A DNA stretch of 64,000 nucleotides, from contig OZ024743.1 in assembly GCA_964016885.1 (NCBI GenBank), positions 97,774,001 through 97,838,000 on the forward strand, given 5' to 3'. The translations under genes and the position numbers were made by a program. This document shows, piece by piece, positions 39,828 to 51,712 of this stretch; the stretch's first letter is position 1, and the number at the start of each line of letters is the position of its first letter. A model generated the notes under the pieces. The model had not been told where the DNA came from. It made no database searches and worked only from the letters and a program-made list of their open reading frames with translations. Source of the DNA: Eledone cirrhosa. Lineage: Eukaryota.

Positions 39828-39830
<3 letters not shown>
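35831..39830 (-). mobile_element. Second Penelope-like element (Naiad-like), decayed, with 3' pLTR, partial 5' pLTR and inverted 5' pLTR
   Basis: 35831-36112 is the reverse complement of ~39471-39750; 39310-39475 is a same-orientation partial pLTR; (TA)n on both sides. Confidence 0.9.
37019..39218 (-). pseudogene. Disrupted PLE ORF (RT + GIY-YIG)
   Basis: MRKHNIEFSTKNIP...RLRWRTFF, HSDKTGN, FDIESYYASI, GGGLYRDDGL, VNFLDVTLDL, YRKSND...SNHP, CNC, NVIYQCNV...YIGLT...FKTRLYQH, CNLCSEE...LLNKKDE...CKH; several frameshifts and a TGA at a probable Trp. Confidence 0.9.
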
Positions 39831-39925
<95 letters not shown>

Positions 39926-40121
39926 GTACATACATATATGTATACAGACGTACAGTAGTATGTATATATATATACATACATGCACACATATATATATATA
40001 TGTACGTATGGATTCACCGAACATTTATTATAGTGCTCGGTGTGTTTGTAAACAAACATCCCGTATTAAGCCGTAGTGTCCACCAACCATCGTTGCTCGT
40101 TTGTTCAACACTGACAAAGGA

Positions 40122-40164
40122 ACGCTGTACTAGTTTCAAACTTATTAGCTATCATCAGCAACGT
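40122..40164 (-). ncRNA. Type I minimal hammerhead ribozyme (inverted arm)
   Basis: Reverse complement ACGTTG-CTGATGA-T-AGCT(AATA)AGTT-T-GAAA-CTAG-TA-CAGCGT. Confidence 0.8.
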
Positions 40165-40296
40165 ATACCTTCCTGCCAGATTGTTGAACGCATATACTTA
40201 CCTTTTGCATATTAACGGCTGAGTAGCCCAATTTGCATATCGAGTGGGTTAGTAGTAAGGTAAGTATATACGTTCAACAATCTGGCAGGAAGGTAT

Positions 40297-40339
40297 ACGT
40301 TGCTGATGATAGCTAATAAGCTTGAAACTAGTACAGCGT
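40297..40339 (+). ncRNA. Type I minimal hammerhead ribozyme
   Basis: ACGTTG-CTGATGA-T-AGCT(AATA)AGCT-T-GAAA-CTAG-TA-CAGCGT; stem I ACGUUG/CAGCGU; palindromic stem III ACUAGU. Confidence 0.85.
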
Positions 40340-40863
40340 TACTTTGTCAGTGTTGAACAAACGAGCAACGATGGTTGCTAGACACTACGGCTTAATACCG
40401 GATGTTTGTTTACACCGAGCATTATAATAAATGTTCGGTGAATCCATACGTACATAAATATATATATGTGTGCATGTATGTATATATATATACATACTAC
40501 TGTACGTCTGTATACATATATGTATGTACGTGTACATACTCATATATATTAAGTAACAGCCGTACTAAGAGTGGGAAATGAAATTTCGTTTCATTTTTTC
40601 CGTTTTTCCTATTAATGACGTGTTATATTCGTTTTTTCCTGTTCTTTGCCAGGGAACGTTTCCACGAACCAAAGTATCGTCTTCCTGTCTTCCTCCGGTT
40701 GCAACGTTTTTTGAAATATCCACTTCTGCGCTTACAGATTGACTTTGGTAGTTTCAGAAGATCCCGTTAAGGGTGAAAGCAGCGATTCTTTGCTTAAACT
40801 TTAATCTGTTATTTTCATAAATATTTGCTCTACGGTTCTTATATATTTGATATATATTTATCC

Positions 40864-41752
40864 TTATCGAGCACACAACATGTTCAGTCTCTCTCTCAAT
40901 CCATTTATGCTTTGCCGTTCGCGTATATTACTATTACACATCCATCGTAGCATGCAGGCTTCGTTTCTTTCTAATCTACGTAAGTCTTCCACCTTCAGCG
41001 CCCAGGTCTCACTACCATGTAACATTGCTGTTCGGATACACGCATCATACAGTCTACTTTTCATTTTGAGGGAGAAGCCTTTTTCAGCTAGCAGTGGCAG
41101 TAGTTCCCTGAATTTCTTCCATCCCGTTCTTACCCTAGTTATTTTACTTTCTGAACACCCACCTCCGCTGCTAATTCGGTCACCTAGGTAGCAGAAACTG
41201 TCTACTGTTTCTATAGAGCCCTCCCATAGATTGGTGGTACTTGTTTCCTGTGGCTGTTTGCTGCTTGCTGTCCCAGCACATCTGCTACATGTGAAGCCTA
41301 CATTCTTAATTAAGCTTCCTGAGATCCCGCTACATCTCTTGTGTACCCATTGTTTGCATCTGGGGCAGAGAATGGAGTTCCTACCTACACCTTTCCTACA
41401 TACTGAGCAAGGCCATTTTCCTGAGGGGATATGGGCTCTGTTTTCTCGTCTACTTATAAGGACCTTAGTTTTTGTCAGGTTGACTTTGAGACCCTTTCTT
41501 TCTAGTCCCTGCTTCCAAGTTTGGAATTTCTTCTCTAGTTCTACCATAGATTCAGCTATAAGTGCAAGGTCATCTGCATACAGGAGTTCCCATGGGCATC
41601 CGGTCTTAAACTCCTCCGTTATTGCCTGCAGGACTATGATGAACAGGAGAGGGCTAAGAACAGAGCCCTGGTGGACACCAACCTGTACGCTAAATTCCTC
41701 GCTATACTCATTGCTAATCCTAACTTTGCTGACTGCTCCCCTATACATGGCT

Positions 41753-41754
<2 letters not shown>
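40864..41754 (-). mobile_element. RTE-like LINE internal fragment (RT with PHD-like Cys cluster)
   Basis: [35 protein letters not shown]...CPRCKQWVHKRC...CSRC, FCYLG, LHGSETW. Confidence 0.9.
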
Positions 41755-41799
<45 letters not shown>

Positions 41800-41806
41800 T
41801 ATATAA

Positions 41807-41911
<105 letters not shown>

Positions 41912-41916
41912 CATAT

Positions 41917-41976
<60 letters not shown>

Positions 41977-42213
41977 ACATTGGCAACAAATAAACTACGC
42001 TGCCATCAGCCATCGAAATTGCGAAATTGACGTACACAGATTCGACCCCTACCCACCGCTGGTCCTTTTGTTATAACGACATTGTCAAACACTGGTCTGG
42101 AGTATTTAACATGACAAAAAAACAAACAGAATTGATATTTACATTTTAAATTATGACATTTGTCGTATCCTATGTGACGAAAACTAACAGAACTCTATAC
42201 ATATATTATATCA

Positions 42214-42266
42214 GGGCGGTGAATTGGCAGTATCGGTAGAGTCAGACATGCTTTCAAACATAGTTA
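42214..42266 (+). mobile_element. SINE family A 5' fragment
   Basis: GGGCGGTGAATTGGCAGTATCGGTAGAGTCAGACATGCTTTCAAACATAGTTAC. Confidence 0.75.
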
Positions 42267-42714
42267 CTTTTGTTTTAAAATATTTCAGTTCCACATTTGA
42301 AAATAAGATATAGCCCTGATATACTATGTTGAAATACACTGAGTAAAACACTACTTTGTTTTATTTCTCATCATTTGCCCTTTCTGTAATAGATTATATT
42401 ATAGAAATCATAACAGCATATTATTTGATGTATTGCATAAATCACTTTTCGTACATTTGGATGATTATTAACGTTATGTTTATTAACAATAGACACATAG
42501 GAATCAGATATTCGTAGTCGGGACCTACTTACGTTTCTATAGATCATCTGCAACAGGAATCTTTAAAAATACCTGCCCCTAAAGCAGGGTTCTCAAACTC
42601 AAGTAGGGCTCATGAGGGAGAAGAACAGTGAACTAAAAGTGAGGGTCCAAGGCGTCATTTCCACCAGTTTTAGTGCTAATCTACTTCACAGTTGATAGCC
42701 TGCTATTATTTATC

Positions 42715-43087
42715 GGTGGATTGGCAGTATCAGTAGAGGGGCAGACGCCATGCTTTCCAGCATAGTTACGTCCCTTTACGATCTGAGTTCAAATCCCGCC
42801 GAGGTTGACTTTGCCTTTCATCCTTACGAGGTCGATAAAATAAAGTACCAGTAATGCACTGGGTAATTGCTGGCCTTGTGCCTAAAGTAGAGACAATTAT
42901 TTATCGGTGGATTGGCAGTATCGGTAGAGGGTCGGACGCCATGCTTTCCAGCATAGTTACGCCCCTTTACGGTCTGAGTTCAAATCCCACCGAGATTAAC
43001 TTTGCCTTTCATCCTTACGTGGTCGATAAAATAAAGTACCAGTAATGCACTGAGATAATTGTTGGCCTTGTGCCAAAAGTAGAAACA
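42715..43087 (+). mobile_element. Tandem dimer of SINE family A
   Basis: Copies at 42715-42895 and 42906-43087; ATTATTTATC occurs before, between and after them. Confidence 0.92.
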
Positions 43088-43405
43088 ATTATTTATCAAA
43101 ATGAGTACATATATAATAGTGAGATATATAAATTAGTACAAAATGTAGGGTGTCAAATTTTCCGCTTCAAATTTTTATGAATTCTGTTTTCTCTTTTGAT
43201 GAATTCCGTTTATGTCTCATTTTACCTTATTTCATCGATAAATTGCAAAAACTTGATTCGCTTGATTATCACAGGGTCGTCAGACGAGACACTGTGATAA
43301 TCAGGCGAAGCTCCAAATTAAAAAGACTCATTATTTATTCTGAATATATATATGGTTGGGGAGCGTATGTATATATAATCAAGGATGGTTTTCGAAGTTG
43401 ATCAA

Positions 43406-43488
43406 CGCACTTCAAGAAGGTATTCAATACGCACTTCAAGAAGGTATTCAATACGTTCAACACACTTCAAGAAGGTATTCAATACGTT
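43406..43488. repeat. Short tandem repeat (CACTTCAAGAAGGTATTCAATACG x3)
   Basis: Direct reading. Confidence 0.85.
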
Positions 43489-43642
43489 CGTAGGGAAGAA
43501 GCATAATTAATTCATATAATTTAGAAATAAAGTTTACATCACTAGGGATCCTTTTTCGTAATTTCATACGAATGAAACAGTTCTAGTGTAGAAGTCAATT
43601 CTATATAAAACACACATATATATATATGTGTGTGTGTGTATG

Positions 43643-43769
<127 letters not shown>

Positions 43770-43829
43770 GAATTGACTTCTACACTAAAATGAAACAGTT
43801 CTAATGTAGAAGTCAATTCTATATAATAC

Positions 43830-43873
<44 letters not shown>

Positions 43874-43874
43874 T

Positions 43875-43926
<52 letters not shown>

Positions 43927-45252
43927 GTGAGAGAGAGAGGGAGAGAGACAGAGGGAGAGAGAGAAGGAGAGAAAGTAACGGAGTGGCCATGGTTAGAACC
44001 ACTTTGATCAGAGTTCAGTTTGGTAGGAGACAACGTGAGGCCAAAACCAAGAATGACGCGAATACACAACAAATGTATTTAGTTGGTATTGTGGAGAAAA
44101 GAAGGTTTTATGGATTGTTGTATATATATATTGAATCTCTGCAAGGCATCTTCAGTTTTCATTTTCTTTGAAGTCAAAATCTTTTACAATACATCTAAAG
44201 ATAGTATATAACCTTAAAAATATTTCTGTTTATCTGAGAATTATTCTGTTTTCCACTCATTATATCTGATCACCTACATGACACCTAATATCAATTCCTT
44301 TATAATATAACCTTCTTTTCCTTTTGTTGAAAGCAAAACATTGTCCATGATATATTCATATGTGATACGATCATAATATATGTTCAGTTATTGCTCATGT
44401 AATACAATAGTAAGTACTTCGAAAGAACAATTTCGTGTGATAACGTTAATATCATCGGAATCCACTTGAAATTCCAAGCCCCTTTAAGAGTACAATAGAA
44501 AACCTATAATAAAAGAATCTACTTATGAAATTACCCGATCCTTTTCGCTATAAATATAATCTTTAGTGAACTCAGCGATCTCTCTCGTGTGTTTTAACAC
44601 CTGCCAATGGTTTTAAAGTGATCGGTTAAAAGCAATTTAAATTTGTCCAATGATCATACGCTAAATCACCCCGGTAAGCGTATCAGATAGATAATCTGAT
44701 ATCAAAGAAGATGACACGTTGGAACCTATTGATAATTTCTATATTTCTTGAACGAGGAATCGTCTGAACATTTAGAAATTCTGTTCTTCATGTTTCAATT
44801 TGCTAACGTGCCCGTTTCACTCGGAAAATCGTTAAAATACTTCATCAAAAGATATTCAAGAGGACCTTTCCACATATATAGCAATAACGCTGTCGGCCTT
44901 TTAAATCACTGTCATACGAACGATTAATGCTTCTGTAAGTATTGCTGAAAACAGAGAAGAAAAGATTGTTGGTTCAAATAATGTGTTTAAAATGCATTAA
45001 AGTCTCCCCCACTCTATTAACTGATCTGTTCCCAAGTTCAAATCACTTGTCAGATAGAACGTAATATATAACTTACTAAATTGATTAAACTCATTTTCTG
45101 ATTCATATCTCATGTCAGATAGACCATAAATGTAATGTTAACCCACCGAAAATATCAGTCTGAATAATGTCGCAGCAGTAGTTCTGTAAATCTGTTAAAG
45201 TCAAGATTTAATAACATATAAATATTTCTTATAAAAACCTCCTTTTGGTGTG

Positions 45253-45382
45253 GCGACTTAGCAGTGGCATTAGAGCGACGTATTAAATGCATTTGTATTT
45301 GAGCTAGCTTTTTATGCCTTAAATTCAAATGCCACCGAGTTCAAATTTACCTTTCAAGGTCGATGAATAAAATACAAGTCGA
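45253..45382 (+). mobile_element. Old degenerate SINE related to family A
   Basis: AAATTCAAATGCCACCGAG...TTTACCTTTCAAGGTCGATGAATAAAATACAAGTC. Confidence 0.55.
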
Positions 45383-47346
45383 GGGGAAGGGGATTGGTGA
45401 AATTGTTACAGTGACAGATTGAGCACATTGACGTATATGTCAGGCTCTGTAGGTTTGGTAAAGTGACAGGTAGATAGTATCAGCAATGGAAACATCAATA
45501 GAAATATAGTTGCCCCAGTCCGAACTAATAATTGGTTGTCTTTCCTTCCCTTTCTTACTGAAATTAGGCTCAATATACCACTTTAAACGGTTTAACCTCA
45601 ATGGAAATACTTCGAGAAATCCCCACAAGCTATGTGCTAACTGAATCCCAGATATAAATAAAGAGTTAACCTCCATTCGATTCCTATGGCATTTTACATT
45701 GCTTTTATATTTCAAAATAGATACGATAAAGCTTGAGGCTTTAAAGTAAAAATGGTTCCTATTAACGCTTCAATCATTATACTCTGCTGCGATAGAAATC
45801 ATCAATGGACCACACTTGGGTTATTAAAAGAATATTCCAACTGGAGCAATATTGTGACTCCATATAATATTAACCGTGTTCACACCATAAATATTAACAA
45901 TTATATTTGTTATTATGTTTGTCAATGAACAAGAAGGTATACCAATGAAATCAACCGGCTTTTTTATGAGGCAAACCTAATAGTTAAGAAGTTATGGATT
46001 CTTCTTTTGTCTTAGTGTATACCCCTAAACTACCTCAATTGCACTCTACCTAGTTGAAACCTACAATGATCAAGTATCTAAGTATATTTTATGCCTATAG
46101 AACTGTTTAATTAAGGATCAGTCAAGTTGCGTATATAATAATTAATAGGGTTTCAGCTTTCGAAATATGTGATGAAAGTGTAACCCGAGTAGGTTCGTTT
46201 ATTTCCTCAAATTAATTCAGCTAGTACCGCAGTTGCATCTTTAAGTGAAAATAATTTTCTGTGTTATTCGAAAACCTTCTGTAGAGATTTAAACTGTTAA
46301 CATATATTTGTATAATTTTGGAAATCATAATATATTATATATAACATCATATAAAATATGAAACACATTGGAAAGATGTATATTTGATGTAACTGACTCA
46401 CAGTACATGGGACGGAAATTCATTCTAAATATTAAACTAACACACCTAATATTTATTATTTGAAAATCCATCTAGTAACAACACAAATGTCGCTTTTCAA
46501 TTAATAATTTGGTTACTTCTGTAGAAATTAGCTATTTCATGAAATATTCACGTTTTGCTCCTTTCGCATTTCTGGGAGAGCAAAGAAAGATTTGCTGAAT
46601 ATTTTGAATTCATGTCATTACCAACAGGATATTAATCATTAATATTAATGTAATTTTCTATTTAATTTTAAAATTAACAGCGTTGGATTTAAGATGTTTT
46701 TGTAATAACGGGTACGAAAGCAATGTCGTAATTAAGCATTAGAGATAAAATATCTAATCATTGTTTCATATAATCTATATTCCTGAACGTATATGTAAAT
46801 CCATTTATTGAATATAATAGAAGAAAACAGTTTGTAACATCCCCTTATGGTCAGTTTAACAACGTGCATGGTCTTAGGCGGAGAATCTTGTTGATATAAA
46901 TGGTTTTCCATATATTATCTCGAGAACTCCTTTGAATTGCATGCAGAAAATAAAGAAACTGGATTGGCTGTAGGCTGTCATTGATAGATCAGTAAATCAT
47001 TGAAAGGTACTGTGCTTCCTTTTAAAGTAATCCCCTCTGAATTTTTATTTTCTAATATAAAAATATTTCTTAAATTTGCATTAGAAGAATAAAATGGAGA
47101 ATATCTGACGAATTTCTACACATTACTCAATGACTAATCTTTTCTTAATTACTTTCTAATAGCGACCAGATTAGCTTTGACAGGTTGCTATGCACATTTA
47201 TCTGTCGGCAACATACAGCTGTTACCAAGTCATTCCAAACGAAATGGAATGCATAATTTTAGAGATATTTTCATTAATTTCTTTCAAATGTATTTTCGTT
47301 TAGCTCAGCTTCCGTCAATTCCGATTATTTGATTTTCTTTTTTAAC

Positions 47347-50300
47347 TGGTTCCTGTACTTTCCTGGAACGTTGCTATAGTGTTTAGTACTTTCCTGGTAC
47401 GTCTGGTACGTTACTATAGTGTTCCTGTACTTTCCTGGAACGTTGCTATAGTGTTGCTGTACATTCTTGGAACGTTGCTATAGTGTTCCTGTACTTTCCT
47501 GGTACGTTACTATAGTGTTCCTGTACTTTCCTGGAACGTTTCTATAGTGTTGCTGTACATTCCTGGTACGTTGCTATGGTGTTCCTGTACTTTCCTGGAA
47601 CGTTACTATAGTGTTGCTGTACATTCCTGGAACGTTACTATAGTGTTGCTGTACATTCCTGGAACGTTGCTATAGTGTTCCTGTACTTTCCTGGTACGTT
47701 GCTATAGTGTTACTGTACTTTCCTGGAACGTTACTATAGTGTTGCTGTACATTCCTGGAACGTTGCTATAGTGTTCCTGTACTTTCCTGGAACGTTTCTA
47801 TAGTGTTACTGTACTTTCCTGGAACGTTGCTATAGTGTTCCTGTACTTTCCTGGAACGTTACTATAGTGTTGCTGTACATTCCTGGAACGTTGCTATAGT
47901 GTTCCTGTACTTTCCTGGTACGTTGCTATAGTGTTCCTGTACTTTCCTGGTACATTGCTATAGTGTTCCTGTACTTTCCTGGTACGTTGCTATAGTGTTC
48001 CTGTACTTTCCTGCAACGTTTCTATAGTGGTCCTGTACTTTCCTGGTACATTGCTATAGTGTTCCTGTACTTTCCTGGAACGTTACTATAGTGTTGCTGT
48101 ACATTCCTGGAACGTTGCTATAGTGTTCCTGTACTTTCCTGGTACGTTGCTATAGTGTTCCTGTACTTTCCTGCAACGTTTCTATAGTGGTCCTGTACTT
48201 TCCTGGTACATTGCTATAGTGTTCCTGTACTTTCCTGGAACGTTACTATAGTGTTGCTGTACATTCCTGGAACGTTGCTATAGTGTTCCTGTACTTTCCT
48301 GGTACGTTGCTATAGTGTTCCTGTACTTTCCTGCAACGTTTCTATAGTGTTGCTGTACATTCCTGGAACGTTGCTATAGTGTTCCTGTACTTTCCTGGTA
48401 CGTTGCTATAGTGTTCCTGTACTTTCCTGCAACGTTTCTATAGTGGTCCTGTACTTTCCTGGTACATTGCTATAGTGTTCCTGTACTTTCCTGGAACGTT
48501 TCTATAGTGTTGCTGTACATTCCTGGAACGTTGCTATAGTGTTCCTGTACTTTCCTGGTACGTTGCTATAGTGTTCCTGTACTTTCCTGCAACGTTTCTA
48601 TAGTGGTCCTGTACTTTCCTGGTACATTGCTATAGTGTTCCTGTACTTTCCTGGAACGTTACTATAGTGTTGCTGTACATTCCTGGAACGTTGCTATAGT
48701 GTTCCTGTACTTTCCTGGTACGTTGCTATAGTGTTCCTGTACTTTCCTGCAACGTTTCTATAGTGTTGCTGTACATTCCTGGAACGTTGCTATAGTGTTC
48801 CTGTACTTTCCTGGTACGTTGCTATAGTGTTCCTGTACTTTCCTGCAACGTTTCTATAGTGGTCCTGTACTTTCCTGGTACATTGCTATAGTGTTCCTGT
48901 ACTTTCCTGGAACGTTACTATAGTGTTGCTGTACATTCCTGGAACGTTGCTATAGTGTTCCTGTACTTTCCTGGTACGTTGCTATAGTGTTCCTGTACTT
49001 TCCTGCAACGTTTCTATAGTGTTGCTGTACATTCCTGGAACGTTGCTATAGTGTTCCTGTACTTTCCTGGTACGTTGCTATAGTGTTCCTGTACTTTCCT
49101 GGTACGTTACTATAGTGTTCCTGTACTTTCCTGGTACGTTTCTATAGTGTTCCTGTACTTTCCTGGTACGTTGCTATAGTGTTCCTGTACTTTCCTGGTA
49201 GGTTACTATAGTGTTGCTGTACATTCCTGGAACGTTGCTATGGTGTTCCTGTACTTTCCTGGAACGTTGCTATAGTGTTCCTGTACTTTCCTTAAACGTT
49301 ACTATAGTGTTCCTGTACTTTCCTGGAATGTTTCTATAGTGTTGCTGTACATTCCTGAAACGTTGCTATGGTGTTCCTGTACTTTCCCGGTACGTTGCTA
49401 TAGTGTTCCTGTACTTTCCTGGTACGTTACTATAGTGTTCCTGTACTTTCCTGGAACGTTTCTATAGTGTTCCTGTACTTTCCTGGAACGTTGCTATAGT
49501 GTTCCTGTACTTTGCTGGTACGTTGCTATAGTGTTCCTGTACTTCCTGGAACGTTTCTATAGTGTTGCTGTACATTCCTGGAACGTTGCTATAGTGTTCC
49601 TGTACTTTCCTGGTACGTTGCTATAGTGTTCCTGTACTTTCCTGCAACGTTTCTATAGTGGTCCTGTACTTTCCTGGTACGTTACTATAGTGTTCCTGTA
49701 CTTTCCTGGAACGTTTCTATAGTGTTACTGGACTTTCCTGGTACGTAACTATAGTGTTCCTGTACTTTCCTAGAACGTTGCTATAGTGTTCCTGTACTTT
49801 CCTGGAACGTTTCTATAGTGGTGCTGTACTTTCCTGGTACGTTACTATAGTGTTCCTGGACTTTCCTGGTACGTTACTATAGTGTTGCTTTACATTCCTG
49901 GAACGTTGCTATAGTGTTGCTTTACATTCCTGGAACGTTGCTATAGTGTTGCTTTACATTCCTGGAACGTTGCTATAGTGTTCATGTACTTTCCTGATAC
50001 GTTACTATAGTGTTACTGTACTTTCCTGGAACGTTTCTATAGTGGTCCTGTACTTTCCTGGTACGTTACTATAGTGTTCCTGTACTTTCCTGGAACGTTT
50101 CTATAGTGTTACTGGACTTTCCTGGTACGTAACTATAGTGTTCCTGTACTTTCCTAGAATGTTGCTATAGTGTTCCTGTACTTTCCTGGAACGTTTCTAT
50201 AGTGTTGCTGTACTTTCCTGGTACGTTGCTATAGTGTTCCTGTACTTTCCTGGAACGTTTCTATAGTGTTCCTGTACTTTGCTGGTACGTTACTATAGTG

Positions 50301-51671
50301 TTCCTGTACTTTCCTGGAACGTTTCTATAGTGTTCCTGTACTTTCCTGGAAGGTTTCTATAGTGTTGCTGTACTTTCCTGGAACGTTTCTAGTGTTGCTG
50401 TACTTTCCTGGTACGTTGCCATAGTGTTCCTGTACTTTCCTGGAACTTTTTTATAGTGTTCCTGTACTTTCCTGGTACCTTACTATAGTGTTCCTGTACT
50501 TTCCTGGAACGTTGCTATGGTGTTTCTGTACTTTCCTACAACGTTGCTATGGTGTTCCTGTACTTTCCTACAACGTTGCTATGGTTTTCCTGTACTTTCC
50601 TGGAACGTGTTATTGTGTTTCTGTACTTTCCTACAACGTTGCTATGGTGTTCCTGTACTTTCCTGGTACGTTGCTATGGTGCTTCTATACTTTCCTACAA
50701 CGCTGCAATAGTGTTTCTGTACTTTCCTGGAACGTTGCTATGGTGTTTCTGTAATTTCCTACAACGTTGATATGGTGTTCCTGTACTTTCCTACAACGTT
50801 GCTCTGGTGTTCCTGTACTTTCCTACAACGCTGCAATAGTGTTTCTGTACTTTCCTACAACGCTGCAATAGTGTTTCTGTACTTTCCTACAACGTTGCAA
50901 TAGTGTTTCTGTAATTTCCTACAACGTTGATATGGTGTTCCTGTACTTTCCTACAACGTTGCTCTGGTGTTCCTGTACTTTCCTACAACGCTGCAATAGT
51001 GTTTCTGTACTTTCCTACAACGTTGCAATAGTGTTTCTGTAATTTCCTACAACGTTGCAATAGTGTTTCTGTAATTTCCTACAACGTTGATATGGTGTTC
51101 CTGTACTTTCCTACAACGTTGCTATGGTGTTTCTGTACTTCCCTACAACGTTCCTATGGTGTTCCTTTACTTCCCTACAACGTTGCTATGGTGTTCCTGT
51201 ACTTTCCTACAACGTTGCTATAGTGTTCCTGTACTTCCCTAAAACGTTGCTATGGTGTTTCTGTACTTCCCTACAACGTTCCTATGGTGTTCCTTTACTT
51301 CCCTACAACGTTGCTATGGTGTTCCTGTACTTTCCTACAACGTTGCTATAGTGTTCCTGTACTTCCCTAAAACGTTGCTATGGTGTTTCTGTACTTCCCT
51401 ACAACGTTCCTATAGTGTTCCTTTACTTCCCTACAACGTTGCTATGGTGTTCCTGTACTTTCCTACAACGTTGCTATAGTGTTCCTGTACTTCCCTACAA
51501 CGTTGCTATGGTGTTCCTGTACTTTCCTACAACGTTGCTATAGTGTTCCTGTACTTCCCTACAACGTTGCTATGGTGTTCCTGTACTTTCCTACAACGTT
51601 GCTATGGTGTTCCTGTACTTCCCTACAACGTTGCTATGGTGTTCCTATACTTTCCTGAAACGTTGCTATAG
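47347..51671. repeat. 32-bp satellite (TGTTCCTGTACTTTCCTGGAACGTTGCTATAG), ~135 copies
   Basis: Direct reading; variant CCTACAACG dominates after ~50520. Confidence 0.97.
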
Positions 51672-51712
51672 TTTTCCCTTCTATCCATTTCAGTTTTATC
51701 CTGTGATAAGAT

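Larger units (their letters stand above)
39919..40652 (+). mobile_element. Non-coding HHR-bearing fold-back element, family B
   Basis: ~285-bp inverted arms 39919-40204 and 40257-40537 with a 52-bp spacer; 3' part homologous to 11710-12050. Confidence 0.8.

Noticed and set aside
42584-42600. hAT-like TIR CAGGGTTCTCAAACT
   Set aside because: No matching second TIR or 8-bp TSD found
44100-47340. Host gene exons in the unique-looking DNA here and at 56-59.6 kb
   Set aside because: No ORF with recognisable motifs; small exons cannot be excluded without transcript data
47347-51671. 32-bp repeats as a CRISPR array
   Set aside because: Head-to-tail units without unique spacers, eukaryotic context, no cas genes
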